Source of the DNA: Pseudomonadota bacterium
GTDB taxonomy: Bacteria > UBA10199 > 2-02-FULL-44-16 > DYJF01
Length of the DNA: 59,844 nucleotides
Direction: 5' to 3'
NCBI GenBank assembly: GCA_043823065.1
Contig: JBDRBB010000013.1
Coordinates: 1-59,844, forward strand
This document shows positions 21,960 to 31,152 of this stretch, one piece after another (the first letter of the stretch is position 1; each line of letters opens with the position of its first letter). A model generated the notes under the pieces. The model was not told where the DNA came from, ran no database searches, and saw only the letters and a program-made list of their open reading frames with translations. Position numbers and translations under genes: made by a program.

Positions 21960-22694
21960 TTATTTTTCCTTAATATGAGCTTTGATGCGCGACATTAAAC
22001 CAAAAAACATATTGGCATCTTTTCTACTTAAACCAGCTCTACCAAAAATTTCCTTAAAATGCCTGGCTATTTTTCCAACCAATCTGCCATCGCCTTCATT
22101 ATATTTTAGATCAATCAATACTTGTTTAATAGATTCTAACACTGGCCCGGTTTCTGCTTTAGTTAAAAAAGGATGCCTGCCAGCACAAGGTTTTAACATA
22201 AAATCCGGCGCTAATTGTTGCAAATATAATTGGTGGCAAACTAATAACACGGATTGAGCTAAATTTAAAGAAGGATAACCTGAATCTGTGGGAATGGAAA
22301 CTATGGTATCGCACAAGGCCAGGTCTGATTTGACCAAGCCATCAGCTTCAGAACCAAAAAGCAGGGCCACCCCGCCCCTATCTGCCCGCTGGCTTATATC
22401 AATTATTGCTGGGATAAAACTATTCAGTGGCGGGCGCGTTCTGCCCTGACGCCTGCTTAAGCCCACAATAGAAGCTAAATCTGCGCAAGCTGCTTTAACA
22501 GAAGAAAAAACCTTTGCCTGCTCTATTAAAGGGTAAGCATGAACCGCCCATTTTTTGGCGCCCTCAGTTTTATATTCAACAGGACTGACCAAACGCAAAT
22601 CAGCAAAACCACAATTAGCCATAGCCCGGGCTACCATGCCGATATTTTCATCTCCCTGGGGATTGACTAAGATTATGGTGATATTATTTAGCAT
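21960..22694 (-). CDS. trmJ: TrmJ/LasT-family SPOUT RNA methyltransferase
   Basis: NIGMVARAMANCG, LFGSEADGL, SLNLAQSV. Confidence 0.85.
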   Translation of the reverse strand: MLNNITIILVNPQGDENIGMVARAMANCGFADLRLVSPVEYKTEGAKKWAVHAYPLIEQAKVFSSVKAACADLASIVGLSRRQGRTRPPLNSFIPAIIDISQRADRGGVALLFGSEADGLVKSDLALCDTIVSIPTDSGYPSLNLAQSVLLVCHQLYLQQLAPDFMLKPCAGRHPFLTKAETGPVLESIKQVLIDLKYNEGDGRLVGKIARHFKEIFGRAGLSRKDANMFFGLMSRIKAHIKEK

Positions 22695-22797
22695 ATAAAT
22701 GACAACTTTGAGCCATTTCTTAATGTGATAACGATCCAGTGTCAAACTCAAATAAAGCCTTGATCTTCCAAACAATAGACAGTATTTAACATCTATT

Positions 22798-23166
22798 ATG
22801 AACAAAGCTGAAAATCGGCGTAAATTTGCCAGACTAGATCTTGCCTTAACTGTTGGTTATCGTGTTGTAGATGACCCAAGCACTTCCCAGGAAATGTCTG
22901 AAGTAACCTCCAGCGATATAAGCCTGGGCGGCCTAAGGCTGATGACCCCTTCTGCGCTTAAAAATGGATCTAGATTAGAATTAGAAATATTACTTTCTGA
23001 AGATGAAAAAAACCCTATTAAAGCTGATGGTGCTGTGGTTTGGCAAAGCAAAATTTCCAACACCAGTTATGAAACTGGAGTGGTTATTCAAGGCATGAAC
23101 AATGCTGACAAAAAACGCTTTATGGAATTTGTCTTTGATCAAATATCCAAGATAGTCACAGCCTAA
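22798..23166 (+). CDS. Stand-alone PilZ domain protein
   Basis: RRKFAR (RxxxR) and DISLGG (DxSxxG). Confidence 0.9.
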   Translation: MNKAENRRKFARLDLALTVGYRVVDDPSTSQEMSEVTSSDISLGGLRLMTPSALKNGSRLELEILLSEDEKNPIKADGAVVWQSKISNTSYETGVVIQGMNNADKKRFMEFVFDQISKIVTA

Positions 23167-23167
23167 C

Positions 23168-24571
23168 ATGCAACTCCCCTATAGTTTCGGCAAATACGTA
23201 ATCACCCGAAAACTCGCTAAAGGCGGCATGGCTGAAATCTTCCGCGCCAAATATCTGGGCGAAGGCGGTTTTGAAAAAACCGTTGCCATCAAAAGGCTTC
23301 TCTCAACCTGGTCTGCAGATCAAAACTTTATCACCATGCTCATTGATGAAGCCAAGGTATTGGTGCATTTGCAACATCCAAATATCGTGCAAATTATTGA
23401 ATTGGGCAAGGAAGGAGACAACTATTTTCTCTCCATGGAGCTGGTGGACGGTTTGGATTTAGGTCGTTTTTTTAATAGATTGGTCCGCGACCAGATTTCT
23501 TTGCCCACTAAATATACTATCTACATCATCAGCCAAATTTTAAATGCTTTAAGTTTTGCTCACGGCAAATCTTTAAACATTGTGCATCGCGATATATCAC
23601 CGCCTAATGTTTTACTCTCCTGGAACGGAGAAGTTAAAGTTGCGGATTTTGGCATAGCCAAGGGGGCACACCGCACTTATGAAACCGCAGTTGCTCAAGC
23701 CAAAGGCAAATATTCCTACATGTCTCCGGAGCAGGCCAAAGGAGAGGCTGTTGATCAAACCACAGATTTATATGCTGTGGGAATTTTATTGTATGAATTA
23801 TTAACTGGCAAACGTCTGTTTGACGGCCCTTCAGATTTAGAAGTAATTGAAAAAGTTAAAAAAGGTTGTCCTAATTTAGATTTATTAGAAATATTTGATA
23901 AAGACTTGCCAGAAATTGTCGGCAAGGCCTTGCAAAAAAAATCCAGACAAAGATATCAAAGCGCTTCAATTTTTTTAAAAGAACTAAATAACTATGCTGT
24001 AAAAAATAATCTGGTAATTACTGCCTATGATTTTGGGCAATTCATTAGCCAAACTTTTGCCCAAGAGATAGTTGAAGACGAAGCAGAACAGAGCAAGGCT
24101 GAAGAAACATTTAAGCAAACCAAGCCCATTAGCGAATCTCAGCTTTTTCCAAGTTCTGGCAAAAAGATTAAAACCTTTGCAGTTTGTTTAAGTTTTATCT
24201 TTATTCCCTGGTATCCTTATTTGCCAAATATCCCAACCCAACCAGAACCGATTGTTTCTAAAATTATTGAACCGCAAGTTACTATGCCAAAAACAGTATC
24301 CCCTAAAACAACACCAGCAACTCCCCTACCGTCTGCTTTACTTAGCGTGCAAGCTAGGCCTTGGGGATATATAACCATTCCCGGATTTTTTAATCACAAA
24401 GAATCTCCGATCAGTAATTTCAAAATAAAACCTGGAAAATATTTGGTAAAAGTTTTTTATGAACCAAAAAATCAATGGTTAAGCCAAGAATTTGAAACCA
24501 AAAACAATGTCCACACCAATTGTTTAGCAATCTTTGGCAACAATCCTTCCTTAAGATGTAATATTAAGTAG
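23168..24571 (+). CDS. Hanks-type Ser/Thr protein kinase with C-terminal TM and PEGA-like region
   Basis: GGMAE, VAIK, HRDISPPN, DFG, YMSPEQ. Confidence 0.93.
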   Translation: MQLPYSFGKYVITRKLAKGGMAEIFRAKYLGEGGFEKTVAIKRLLSTWSADQNFITMLIDEAKVLVHLQHPNIVQIIELGKEGDNYFLSMELVDGLDLGRFFNRLVRDQISLPTKYTIYIISQILNALSFAHGKSLNIVHRDISPPNVLLSWNGEVKVADFGIAKGAHRTYETAVAQAKGKYSYMSPEQAKGEAVDQTTDLYAVGILLYELLTGKRLFDGPSDLEVIEKVKKGCPNLDLLEIFDKDLPEIVGKALQKKSRQRYQSASIFLKELNNYAVKNNLVITAYDFGQFISQTFAQEIVEDEAEQSKAEETFKQTKPISESQLFPSSGKKIKTFAVCLSFIFIPWYPYLPNIPTQPEPIVSKIIEPQVTMPKTVSPKTTPATPLPSALLSVQARPWGYITIPGFFNHKESPISNFKIKPGKYLVKVFYEPKNQWLSQEFETKNNVHTNCLAIFGNNPSLRCNIK

Positions 24572-24573
24572 TT

Positions 24574-24609
24574 TTTAAAATTTCCGCAGGGGACAAGGTC
24601 TTTGAAGCT
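24574..24609. repeat. Single arm of the 43656-43763 element
   Basis: tttaaaatt...aaggtctttgaagct shared. Confidence 0.7.
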
Positions 24610-24672
24610 TTTTAGGCGCGCGCAGGATGTGTTGGTAGGCAGCCCCAGAGCCCCAAAAAACTAGATGAAGCA

Positions 24673-24796
24673 ATAAACTTTGAGTTGGCGTAGAGCAGGT
24701 TTTCGAATCCGGACCGACAACTCTCAAGTTACTAATAGTTTCGTAATGGTCTGAGGGAGGTGAGAAGACCTGGTCGAAAGCTAACTCAAAGTTTAT
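24673..24796. mobile_element. MITE-like long hairpin element or structured RNA
   Basis: 17-bp terminal IR ataaactttgagttggc / gctaactcaaagtttat; inner stem caggttttc / gaagacctg. Confidence 0.6.
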
Positions 24797-24895
24797 ACAC
24801 AATTCACTCTTGACATTAAGTCCAAAAACAGCGAGACAAAGTCCGAATTTAATATTAACCACGTGTTGAAAAACACGCCAAACTACCCAATAACA

Positions 24896-25444
24896 ATGAT
24901 AGAAATCAGATTCCATGGACGTGGCGGGCAAGGCTCAGTTACCTCAGCAGAGCTGGTAGCCCTGGCAGCAATTGAGGAAAAAAAGTGGGCCCAATCCATG
25001 CCTTCTTTTGGCCCGGAAAGACGTGGCGCACCTGTGGTGGCCTATCTTCGGGTTTCCGAAGAACCAATTTTGGTGCGCGCTGAAGTGACCAAACCAGATA
25101 TAGTCGTGGTTCTAGATGATTCTTTGCTCAGGATCCTGGATGTTACTGCTGGCTTAAAAAAAGATGGGCTCTTGGTAGTTAACACCAAGCATTCTGAAAA
25201 AGAAATCCACGCATTAACTAAATTTAACGGCAAGCTGGCAACTGTTGATGCCTTAAAAATCGCCATGGAAGAGCTAAAAGTTCCCATCACCAACACCACA
25301 ATGATTGGCGCTTTGCTGAAAGCCAAGGAGTTGGTGAAATTAGATTCAATCAAGGCTCAAATTAAGGCCCGTTTTAATGCAAAACTGGCAGAGCGAAATA
25401 TTAGTGCCTTAGATAGATCGTTTAAGGAAACTAAAACTCAATGA
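24896..25444 (+). CDS. porC: 2-oxoacid (pyruvate):ferredoxin oxidoreductase gamma subunit
   Basis: EIRFHGRGGQG, FGPERRGAPV. Confidence 0.93.
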   Translation: MIEIRFHGRGGQGSVTSAELVALAAIEEKKWAQSMPSFGPERRGAPVVAYLRVSEEPILVRAEVTKPDIVVVLDDSLLRILDVTAGLKKDGLLVVNTKHSEKEIHALTKFNGKLATVDALKIAMEELKVPITNTTMIGALLKAKELVKLDSIKAQIKARFNAKLAERNISALDRSFKETKTQ

Positions 25445-25470
25445 CCATAGACCATTGACCATAGACCATT
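25443..25470. repeat. GACCAT(A/T) heptamer x4
   Basis: gaccata gaccatt gaccata gaccatt overlapping the porC stop. Confidence 0.8.
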
Positions 25471-25512
25471 GAATTATTGTCTATTGTTAAAAATCCTTGG
25501 TCTCAACTTAAA

Positions 25513-25830
25513 ATGAAAGAACACACTTGGAAAAATGTTGAGTTAGGTGCCATTGTCACTGAAGCTGGTAGCGCCAGCCAGTATAAAACTGGAGACTGGC
25601 GTTCTCAATATCCAAAGTACAATCAAGATAGATGCGTAAAATGCGGAATTTGTTATCTTTATTGTCCAGATGCGGCAATTAAAATTAAAGCTGATGGCTA
25701 TATTGAAGTTGATCAATTTTATTGCAAAGGTTGTGGCATCTGCGCCAGAGAGTGCTGGACCGGCGCTTTTGAAATGATGCCAGAAGGAAGCCAAGAGAAT
25801 TCAGAAAAGAAAAAGGAAAAGAAAAAATGA
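25513..25830 (+). CDS. porD: POR delta subunit (2[4Fe-4S])
   Basis: TGDWR, CxxCxxCxxxCP, CKGCGIC. Confidence 0.93.
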   Translation: MKEHTWKNVELGAIVTEAGSASQYKTGDWRSQYPKYNQDRCVKCGICYLYCPDAAIKIKADGYIEVDQFYCKGCGICARECWTGAFEMMPEGSQENSEKKKEKKK

Positions 25831-26998
25831 GTAAAAGAATTGGCTTAGAAGTTTCTTTAGCAGTATCTGAAGCTGCCAAAATGGCTAGAACAGAAGTTGT
25901 GGCAGCATATCCTATTACTCCGCAAACCCATATCGTGGAATCTTTAGCTGAAATGATTGCTGAGGGCGAACTTGATGCAGAATATATTTGTGTAGAATCC
26001 GAGCACTCTGCCATGAGCGCTTGCTTGGGATCATCAGCAACTGGCGCTCGCACTTTTACGGCAACTGCTGGCCAAGGACTTGAGCTAATGCATGAAGTTG
26101 TTTATGTGGCTGCCTCCATGAGACTACCCATTGTTATGGCTGTGGCTAACCGCGCCCTATCTTCTCCTCTTTCTGTTTGGGGCGATCATTCAGATGTCAT
26201 GGCCATTCGCGACACTGGCTGGATACAAATTTTTGCTGAAAACGGCCAAGAGGCTTTTGACCTGGTTTTATGGGCATTTCGTTGTGCTGAAGACAAGCGC
26301 GTACTTTTCCCAGTAACTGTGAACCTAGATGGTTTTCACTTAACCCACGTGGTTGAACCCATTGAACTACCAGATCAGGAATTAGTAGATAAATATCTGC
26401 CTAAATTTGAATATCCGCTACCACTTGATCCGCGCAAACCAGTATCCATGGGAGCTTTTACAATCCCTCAATTTTATACTGAAGCAAAAAATCTCAAGAA
26501 CAGGCATTTCAAAATACCAGGCCAGTGATTACTGAAACCTTGAATGAATTTGCCAAAGTTTTTGGCCGCAAATATCAGCCTGTGGAAAAATACCTGGCTG
26601 ATGATGCTGAAACCTTAATTCTAACCATGGGCTCCTATAGTCAAACCGCTTCTCTGGCTGTAAAAGAGTTGCGTGATAAAGGTGAAAAAGTAGGACAAAT
26701 TCGTTTAAGACTGTGGCGCCCCTTTCCTTTTGCTGAGCTAAGAGAAGCTGTCAAAGGCGCTAAAAGATTAATTATATTAGATCGAGCTATTTCCTACGGC
26801 GGGCCAGGCGGTCCAGTTGCTTCTGAAGTGAAAAGCGCACTTTATGATTTAAAAGACAAACCCAAGATTGCCAGTTTTGTTGGTGGTTTGGGTGGCCGAG
26901 ATATTTTAGCTGAACAATTTGTGGAAATGATCAAGCGCGGCATTGAAGTTGCTGACCAAGGACAAAAAGAAACTTTTGAAATGATAGGGGTGAAATAA
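25827..26998 (+). CDS. porA: POR alpha subunit (frameshift in A6 run at 26486-26491)
   Basis: [16 protein letters not shown]; two ORFs join as [19 protein letters not shown] if one A is added. Confidence 0.9.
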
Positions 26999-27000
26999 TA

Positions 27001-27930
27001 ATGACACCAGAATTTTCTGTATATGCATCTAGATTAGCCAGCAAAGATGAGCCTTTCAAACCAGGGCATCGAGCCTGCGTGGGATGCTGCGAAGTTTTAG
27101 CTGTGCGCCAAGTAGCCAAGGTTTTGGGAAGAGATGTAATCATGGTTAACGCTACTGGCTGCATGGAAATTATTTCATCAGGCTATCCTTACACCAATTG
27201 GGATGTACCCTGGATTCACACTTTGTTTGAAAACACAGCAGCAGTTGCTTCTGGAGTAGAAGCTGCTTTAAAAATTAAAAAACGCAAAGGCAGTTACCCT
27301 AAAGAAAGAAACACCAAGGTTGTAGCTATGGGCGGTGATGGTGGAACAGCTGATATCGGTTTCCAAGCTCTCTCTGGCATGTTGGAACGAGGTCATAATA
27401 TTTTATATATCTGCTATGATAATGAAGCCTATATGAACACCGGAATTCAGCGTTCTGGTGCCACTCCTTATGGTGCTTCAACTACAACTTCACCAGCTGG
27501 TAGTCACAGCATTGGCCAAACTACTTGGAAAAAAAATATGCCGCGCATTGTTGCAGCACATGGCATTCCATATATTGCCACAGCTAGTCCTAGCCATCCT
27601 TTTGATTTAATGGCCAAGGTAAAAAAAGCTGCTGCAGTTAACGGACCAGCCTATTTGCATATTTTTTCAGCCTGTCCAACTGGCTGGCGATCCCCTTCTG
27701 ATATTGCCATTAAGCATAGCCGGCTGGCCGTACAAACAGGAGTATTTCCGCTTTATGAAATTGAAAATGGAAAATGGCGCATGACTGTAAATAGCGACAA
27801 ACTTTTACCAGTTACTGATTATTTTAAAGGCCAAGGTCGGTTCAAACATTTAGGTGAAAAGGATTTAGAATTTATCCAAACACACGTTACTAAAGAGTGG
27901 GAAGAGCTTAAGAAGAAATGCGAAAAATAA
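27001..27930 (+). CDS. porB: POR beta subunit (TPP binding)
   Basis: GHRACVGC, GGDGG, DNEAYMNTG, CPTGW. Confidence 0.94.
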   Translation: MTPEFSVYASRLASKDEPFKPGHRACVGCCEVLAVRQVAKVLGRDVIMVNATGCMEIISSGYPYTNWDVPWIHTLFENTAAVASGVEAALKIKKRKGSYPKERNTKVVAMGGDGGTADIGFQALSGMLERGHNILYICYDNEAYMNTGIQRSGATPYGASTTTSPAGSHSIGQTTWKKNMPRIVAAHGIPYIATASPSHPFDLMAKVKKAAAVNGPAYLHIFSACPTGWRSPSDIAIKHSRLAVQTGVFPLYEIENGKWRMTVNSDKLLPVTDYFKGQGRFKHLGEKDLEFIQTHVTKEWEELKKKCEK

Positions 27931-27960
27931 CGCCGTACGCTGTACGCCGTACGCTAGACG
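27931..27960. repeat. CGCYGTA heptamer repeat
   Basis: cgccgta cgctgta cgccgta cgctaga. Confidence 0.8.
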
Positions 27961-27970
27961 AGAGAAAAAT

Positions 27971-28438
27971 ATGGATCTCAAAAAAGTAGAAAAAATTGTC
28001 AAAGACCATAATAATGATGCTGCCCACCTAATCGGCATCTTACAAGATATTCAGGCTGAGTTTAGATATTTACCCAAAAAACCTTTACAGAAAGTTGCTG
28101 AACTTTTGAACATTCCTCTTTCACAGGTTTTTTCAGTAGCCACTTTTTTTAGGGCTTTTTCTTTGGAACCACGCGGCAAAAACGAAGTGCACGTTTGTAT
28201 GGGAACAGCCTGCCATGTTAGAGGCTCTCAACGAATTTTAGAAGATCTGGAGCGTGGTTTTGGCATTGCTGCTGGCCAAACAACCAAAGATCAACATATT
28301 ACTTTAGAAACCGTGAATTGCGTTGGCACTTGCGCTTTAGGACCAGTACTAGTGGTTAATGGTGAATATCATGGTAAAATGGATGGACCAAAAACTGATA
28401 AACTTATCAAGGAAATAAAAAATGCAACGTCTAAATGA
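27971..28438 (+). CDS. NuoE/HydC-like [2Fe-2S] subunit
   Basis: VCMGTACHVRG, NCVGTCALGP. Confidence 0.92.
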   Translation: MDLKKVEKIVKDHNNDAAHLIGILQDIQAEFRYLPKKPLQKVAELLNIPLSQVFSVATFFRAFSLEPRGKNEVHVCMGTACHVRGSQRILEDLERGFGIAAGQTTKDQHITLETVNCVGTCALGPVLVVNGEYHGKMDGPKTDKLIKEIKNATSK

Positions 28439-30308
28439 TTCCAAAGCATTAGAAACACTTAGAACAAAAATTCTAAAGGAACGCGACCCCAATAAGCCAG
28501 TGGTGATTATGTGCGGCGGAACTGGTTGTCATGGTTATGGTTGCCAAAATGTAATTGCTGCTTTTAAAAATGAAATTGAAACCAAAAAGCTTACTGACAA
28601 AGTTGAACTGCGCGTTTCTGGCTGTCATGGTTTTTGTGAAAAAGGTCCTTTGGCTTTAATTCAGCCTAAAGGAATTTTTTATCAGCGCATTGAACCAGAA
28701 GATGTGCCAGATATTTTAACAAAAACTGTTTTAGGCAATGACGTAATTGAAAAGCTTTTATTTACTGATGATGGCAAAACCAGGATTAAATTAGAAAAAG
28801 ATGTTCCCTTCTACGCCAAACAAGACCGTTTAATCTTTGGCGCTAATCAGCGCATTAATCCGGACAACATTGAAGATTATCTAGCTGATGGCGGTTATGC
28901 AGCTTTGACCAAAGCCTTGGCCATGAAACCAGAAGCCATTATTGATGAGGTTAAGAAAGCTGGTTTGCGCGGTCGCGGTGGTGGTGGATTTTTAGCCGGC
29001 CGAAAATGGGAAACAGTGCGTAATGCCCAGCCTGGCGAACCACGCTTTGTAATTTGCAATGCTGACGAAGGTGATCCTGGCGCATATATGGATCGCTCTG
29101 TATTAGAAGGAAATCCACACAGTATTATAGAGGGTATGATCATCGGCGCCTATGCTATTGGTTCCAACCAAGGCTATATCTATGTTAGAAATGAATATCC
29201 CTTGGCTGTAAAACATGCACGCATTGCTTTAGCTCAAGCCAAGGAATTAGGCTTGGTAGGTAAAAATATTTTGGGTTCGGGTTTTGATTTTGAAATTGAA
29301 ATTAGCCGTGGTGGTGGAGCTTTTGTTTGCGGTGAATCAACTGCTTTAATGGCCTCTTTGGAAGGTAAAATTGGTGAACCAAGAGCAAAATATATTCACA
29401 CAGCTGTTGCTGGCTTAAATGGCAAACCAAGCTGTTTAAATAATGTAGAAACTTGGGCCAATGTTCCTTTAATCATTAATAAAGGTGCAGATTGGTATGG
29501 CAAAATCGGCACCAAGGGAAGCAAAGGCACTAAAATATTTTCCTTAGTTGGAAAAATTAAAAATACAGGTTTGGTTGAAGTCCCCATGGGCATTAGTCTC
29601 AAGGAAATTATTTTTGATATTGGCGGCGGCATTCCAGATGGCAAGAAGTTTAAGGCAGTGCAAACTGGCGGCCCTTCTGGTGGTTGTCTTCCAGAAAATA
29701 TGCTGAACCTGTCAGTTGATTTTGATGAATTAACCAAAGCTGGTTCTATGATGGGCTCTGGTGGTTTGATCATCATGGATGAAGATACCTGCATGGTGGA
29801 TGTAGCGCGTTACTTTACGCATTTCTTGACTGAAGAATCTTGTGGAAAATGCGTGCCTTGCCGCGAAGGTGTTTATCAGATGTTGCAAATCTTAAATCGC
29901 ATCTGTGCTGGTCAAGGCCAAGAAGAAGATCTTAAATTATTGGAAGAATTATCTGAAACCATTTTAGATGCTTCACTTTGCGCTTTAGGTTCAACTGCGC
30001 CTAATCCGGTTCTTTCAACCATTAAATACTTCCGCAATGAATATGAAGCACATATTAAAAATAAAAAATGCCCAGCCAAGGTTTGCAAAGATTTAATTAC
30101 CTTTACGGTAATCGATAAAAACTGCGTGGGTTGCATGGCTTGTGCCAAAGCTTGTCCAGTTAACGCAATCGAGCAAACTGATCAACCAGCAATGATAAAA
30201 GGAAAACCAAGCCCCAAGCTTAAAATTCACCGCGTCATTCAGGATAAATGTATTAAATGCGGCATGTGCAAGGAAAGTTGCAAGTTTAAGGCGATAAGAG
30301 TTGAATGA
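28422..30308 (+). CDS. NuoF/HydB-like FMN/NADH subunit with extra FeS domains
   Basis: GLRGRGGGGF, CNADEGDPGAYMD, GGPSGG, ESCGKCVPCREG, N-terminal 2Fe-2S and C-terminal 2[4Fe-4S]. Confidence 0.93.
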   Translation: MQRLNDSKALETLRTKILKERDPNKPVVIMCGGTGCHGYGCQNVIAAFKNEIETKKLTDKVELRVSGCHGFCEKGPLALIQPKGIFYQRIEPEDVPDILTKTVLGNDVIEKLLFTDDGKTRIKLEKDVPFYAKQDRLIFGANQRINPDNIEDYLADGGYAALTKALAMKPEAIIDEVKKAGLRGRGGGGFLAGRKWETVRNAQPGEPRFVICNADEGDPGAYMDRSVLEGNPHSIIEGMIIGAYAIGSNQGYIYVRNEYPLAVKHARIALAQAKELGLVGKNILGSGFDFEIEISRGGGAFVCGESTALMASLEGKIGEPRAKYIHTAVAGLNGKPSCLNNVETWANVPLIINKGADWYGKIGTKGSKGTKIFSLVGKIKNTGLVEVPMGISLKEIIFDIGGGIPDGKKFKAVQTGGPSGGCLPENMLNLSVDFDELTKAGSMMGSGGLIIMDEDTCMVDVARYFTHFLTEESCGKCVPCREGVYQMLQILNRICAGQGQEEDLKLLEELSETILDASLCALGSTAPNPVLSTIKYFRNEYEAHIKNKKCPAKVCKDLITFTVIDKNCVGCMACAKACPVNAIEQTDQPAMIKGKPSPKLKIHRVIQDKCIKCGMCKESCKFKAIRVE

Positions 30309-30309
30309 T

Positions 30310-30398
30310 GTCATTGCGAGTCTCCGCCTCAAGCGGAGACGAAGCAATCCCGAGGCCTCCTTGGGATCGCCACGCGTCCTTTGGACGCTCGCGATGAC
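30310..30398. repeat. Palindromic element, family B (GTCATTGCGAG...CTCGCRATGAC)
   Basis: Inverted repeat between the HydB-like and HydA-N-like genes. Confidence 0.85.
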
Positions 30399-30423
30399 AA
30401 ATATACAGTTAGGAATTACAAAT

Positions 30424-31140
30424 ATGGAAAAAATTGAGATCACTATTGATGGTAAACAAGTAAAGGCAAAAGCCGGTGAAAGACTATTAGATGTTTTGCG
30501 TCGCGAAGGTATCTTCATTCCAACTCTTTGTGACCATGAAGACTTGCAACCTTACGGTGTTTGCCGCTTATGCATTGTAGAATGGGATCGTGGTGATTGG
30601 GCGAAGGTTATTACTTCCTGCAACTTTCCAGTAAAAGACGGACAAATCTTTAGGACCAAGACAGAAAAAATCATCAGACAGCGCAAAATGGTTATGGAAC
30701 TCACTTTGGCCCGCGCCTCAAAAACACCTGAGGTGATTGAATTAGCAAAAAAAATGGGTGTAACCTCAACTCGTTTTCCCACCAAAGATGAAGGTTGTAT
30801 TTTGTGCGGCAATTGTATTCGGGCTTGCAGCGAAATAGTGGAAGTAGATGCCATTTGTTTTGCAGCCAGGGGTCCAGATCGCAAAGTTTCCTCGCCCTTC
30901 TTTCAAGAAGCCATAGATTGCATTGGTTGCGGCTCTTGCGCCTATGTCTGCCCTACTAATTATATTAAAGTTGAAGAAGATGATAAAGTCCGCAAATTCC
31001 CACTTTGGAACGTAGAATTTGAAATGGCCCATTGTAAAAAATGCGGCCAAAAAATCGCTCCAAAAAAACAATTAGAATACTTACGCCAAAAAGCTAACTT
31101 AGCTGAAGATTGGTTTGATCTTTGCAACAATTGCAGATAA
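30424..31140 (+). CDS. NuoG-N/HoxU/HydA-N-like FeS subunit without catalytic domain
   Basis: IPTLC...CRLCIVE...SC, CILCGNCIRAC, CIGCGSCAYVCP; 238 aa. Confidence 0.88.
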   Translation: MEKIEITIDGKQVKAKAGERLLDVLRREGIFIPTLCDHEDLQPYGVCRLCIVEWDRGDWAKVITSCNFPVKDGQIFRTKTEKIIRQRKMVMELTLARASKTPEVIELAKKMGVTSTRFPTKDEGCILCGNCIRACSEIVEVDAICFAARGPDRKVSSPFFQEAIDCIGCGSCAYVCPTNYIKVEEDDKVRKFPLWNVEFEMAHCKKCGQKIAPKKQLEYLRQKANLAEDWFDLCNNCR

Positions 31141-31152
31141 GCAATTAGCATT

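Noticed and set aside
21873..21960. SAM riboswitch before metK
   Set aside because: Short AT-rich spacer with no S-box core
24575..24931. 118-aa minus-strand ORF
   Set aside because: Spans repeat hairpins and overlaps porC; no recognisable protein features
26525..26998. Naturally split porA
   Set aside because: The break coincides with an A-run and one base restores a continuous protein
30301..30423. N-terminal extension of the FeS subunit
   Set aside because: Read-through of an intergenic palindrome; an SD-supported ATG is at 30424. Extensions at 33795 (eno) and 45296 (ProDH) are rejected likewise
27971..31140. Complex I nuoEFG or an [FeFe] hydrogenase
   Set aside because: No other nuo genes nearby, and the third subunit lacks H-cluster motifs
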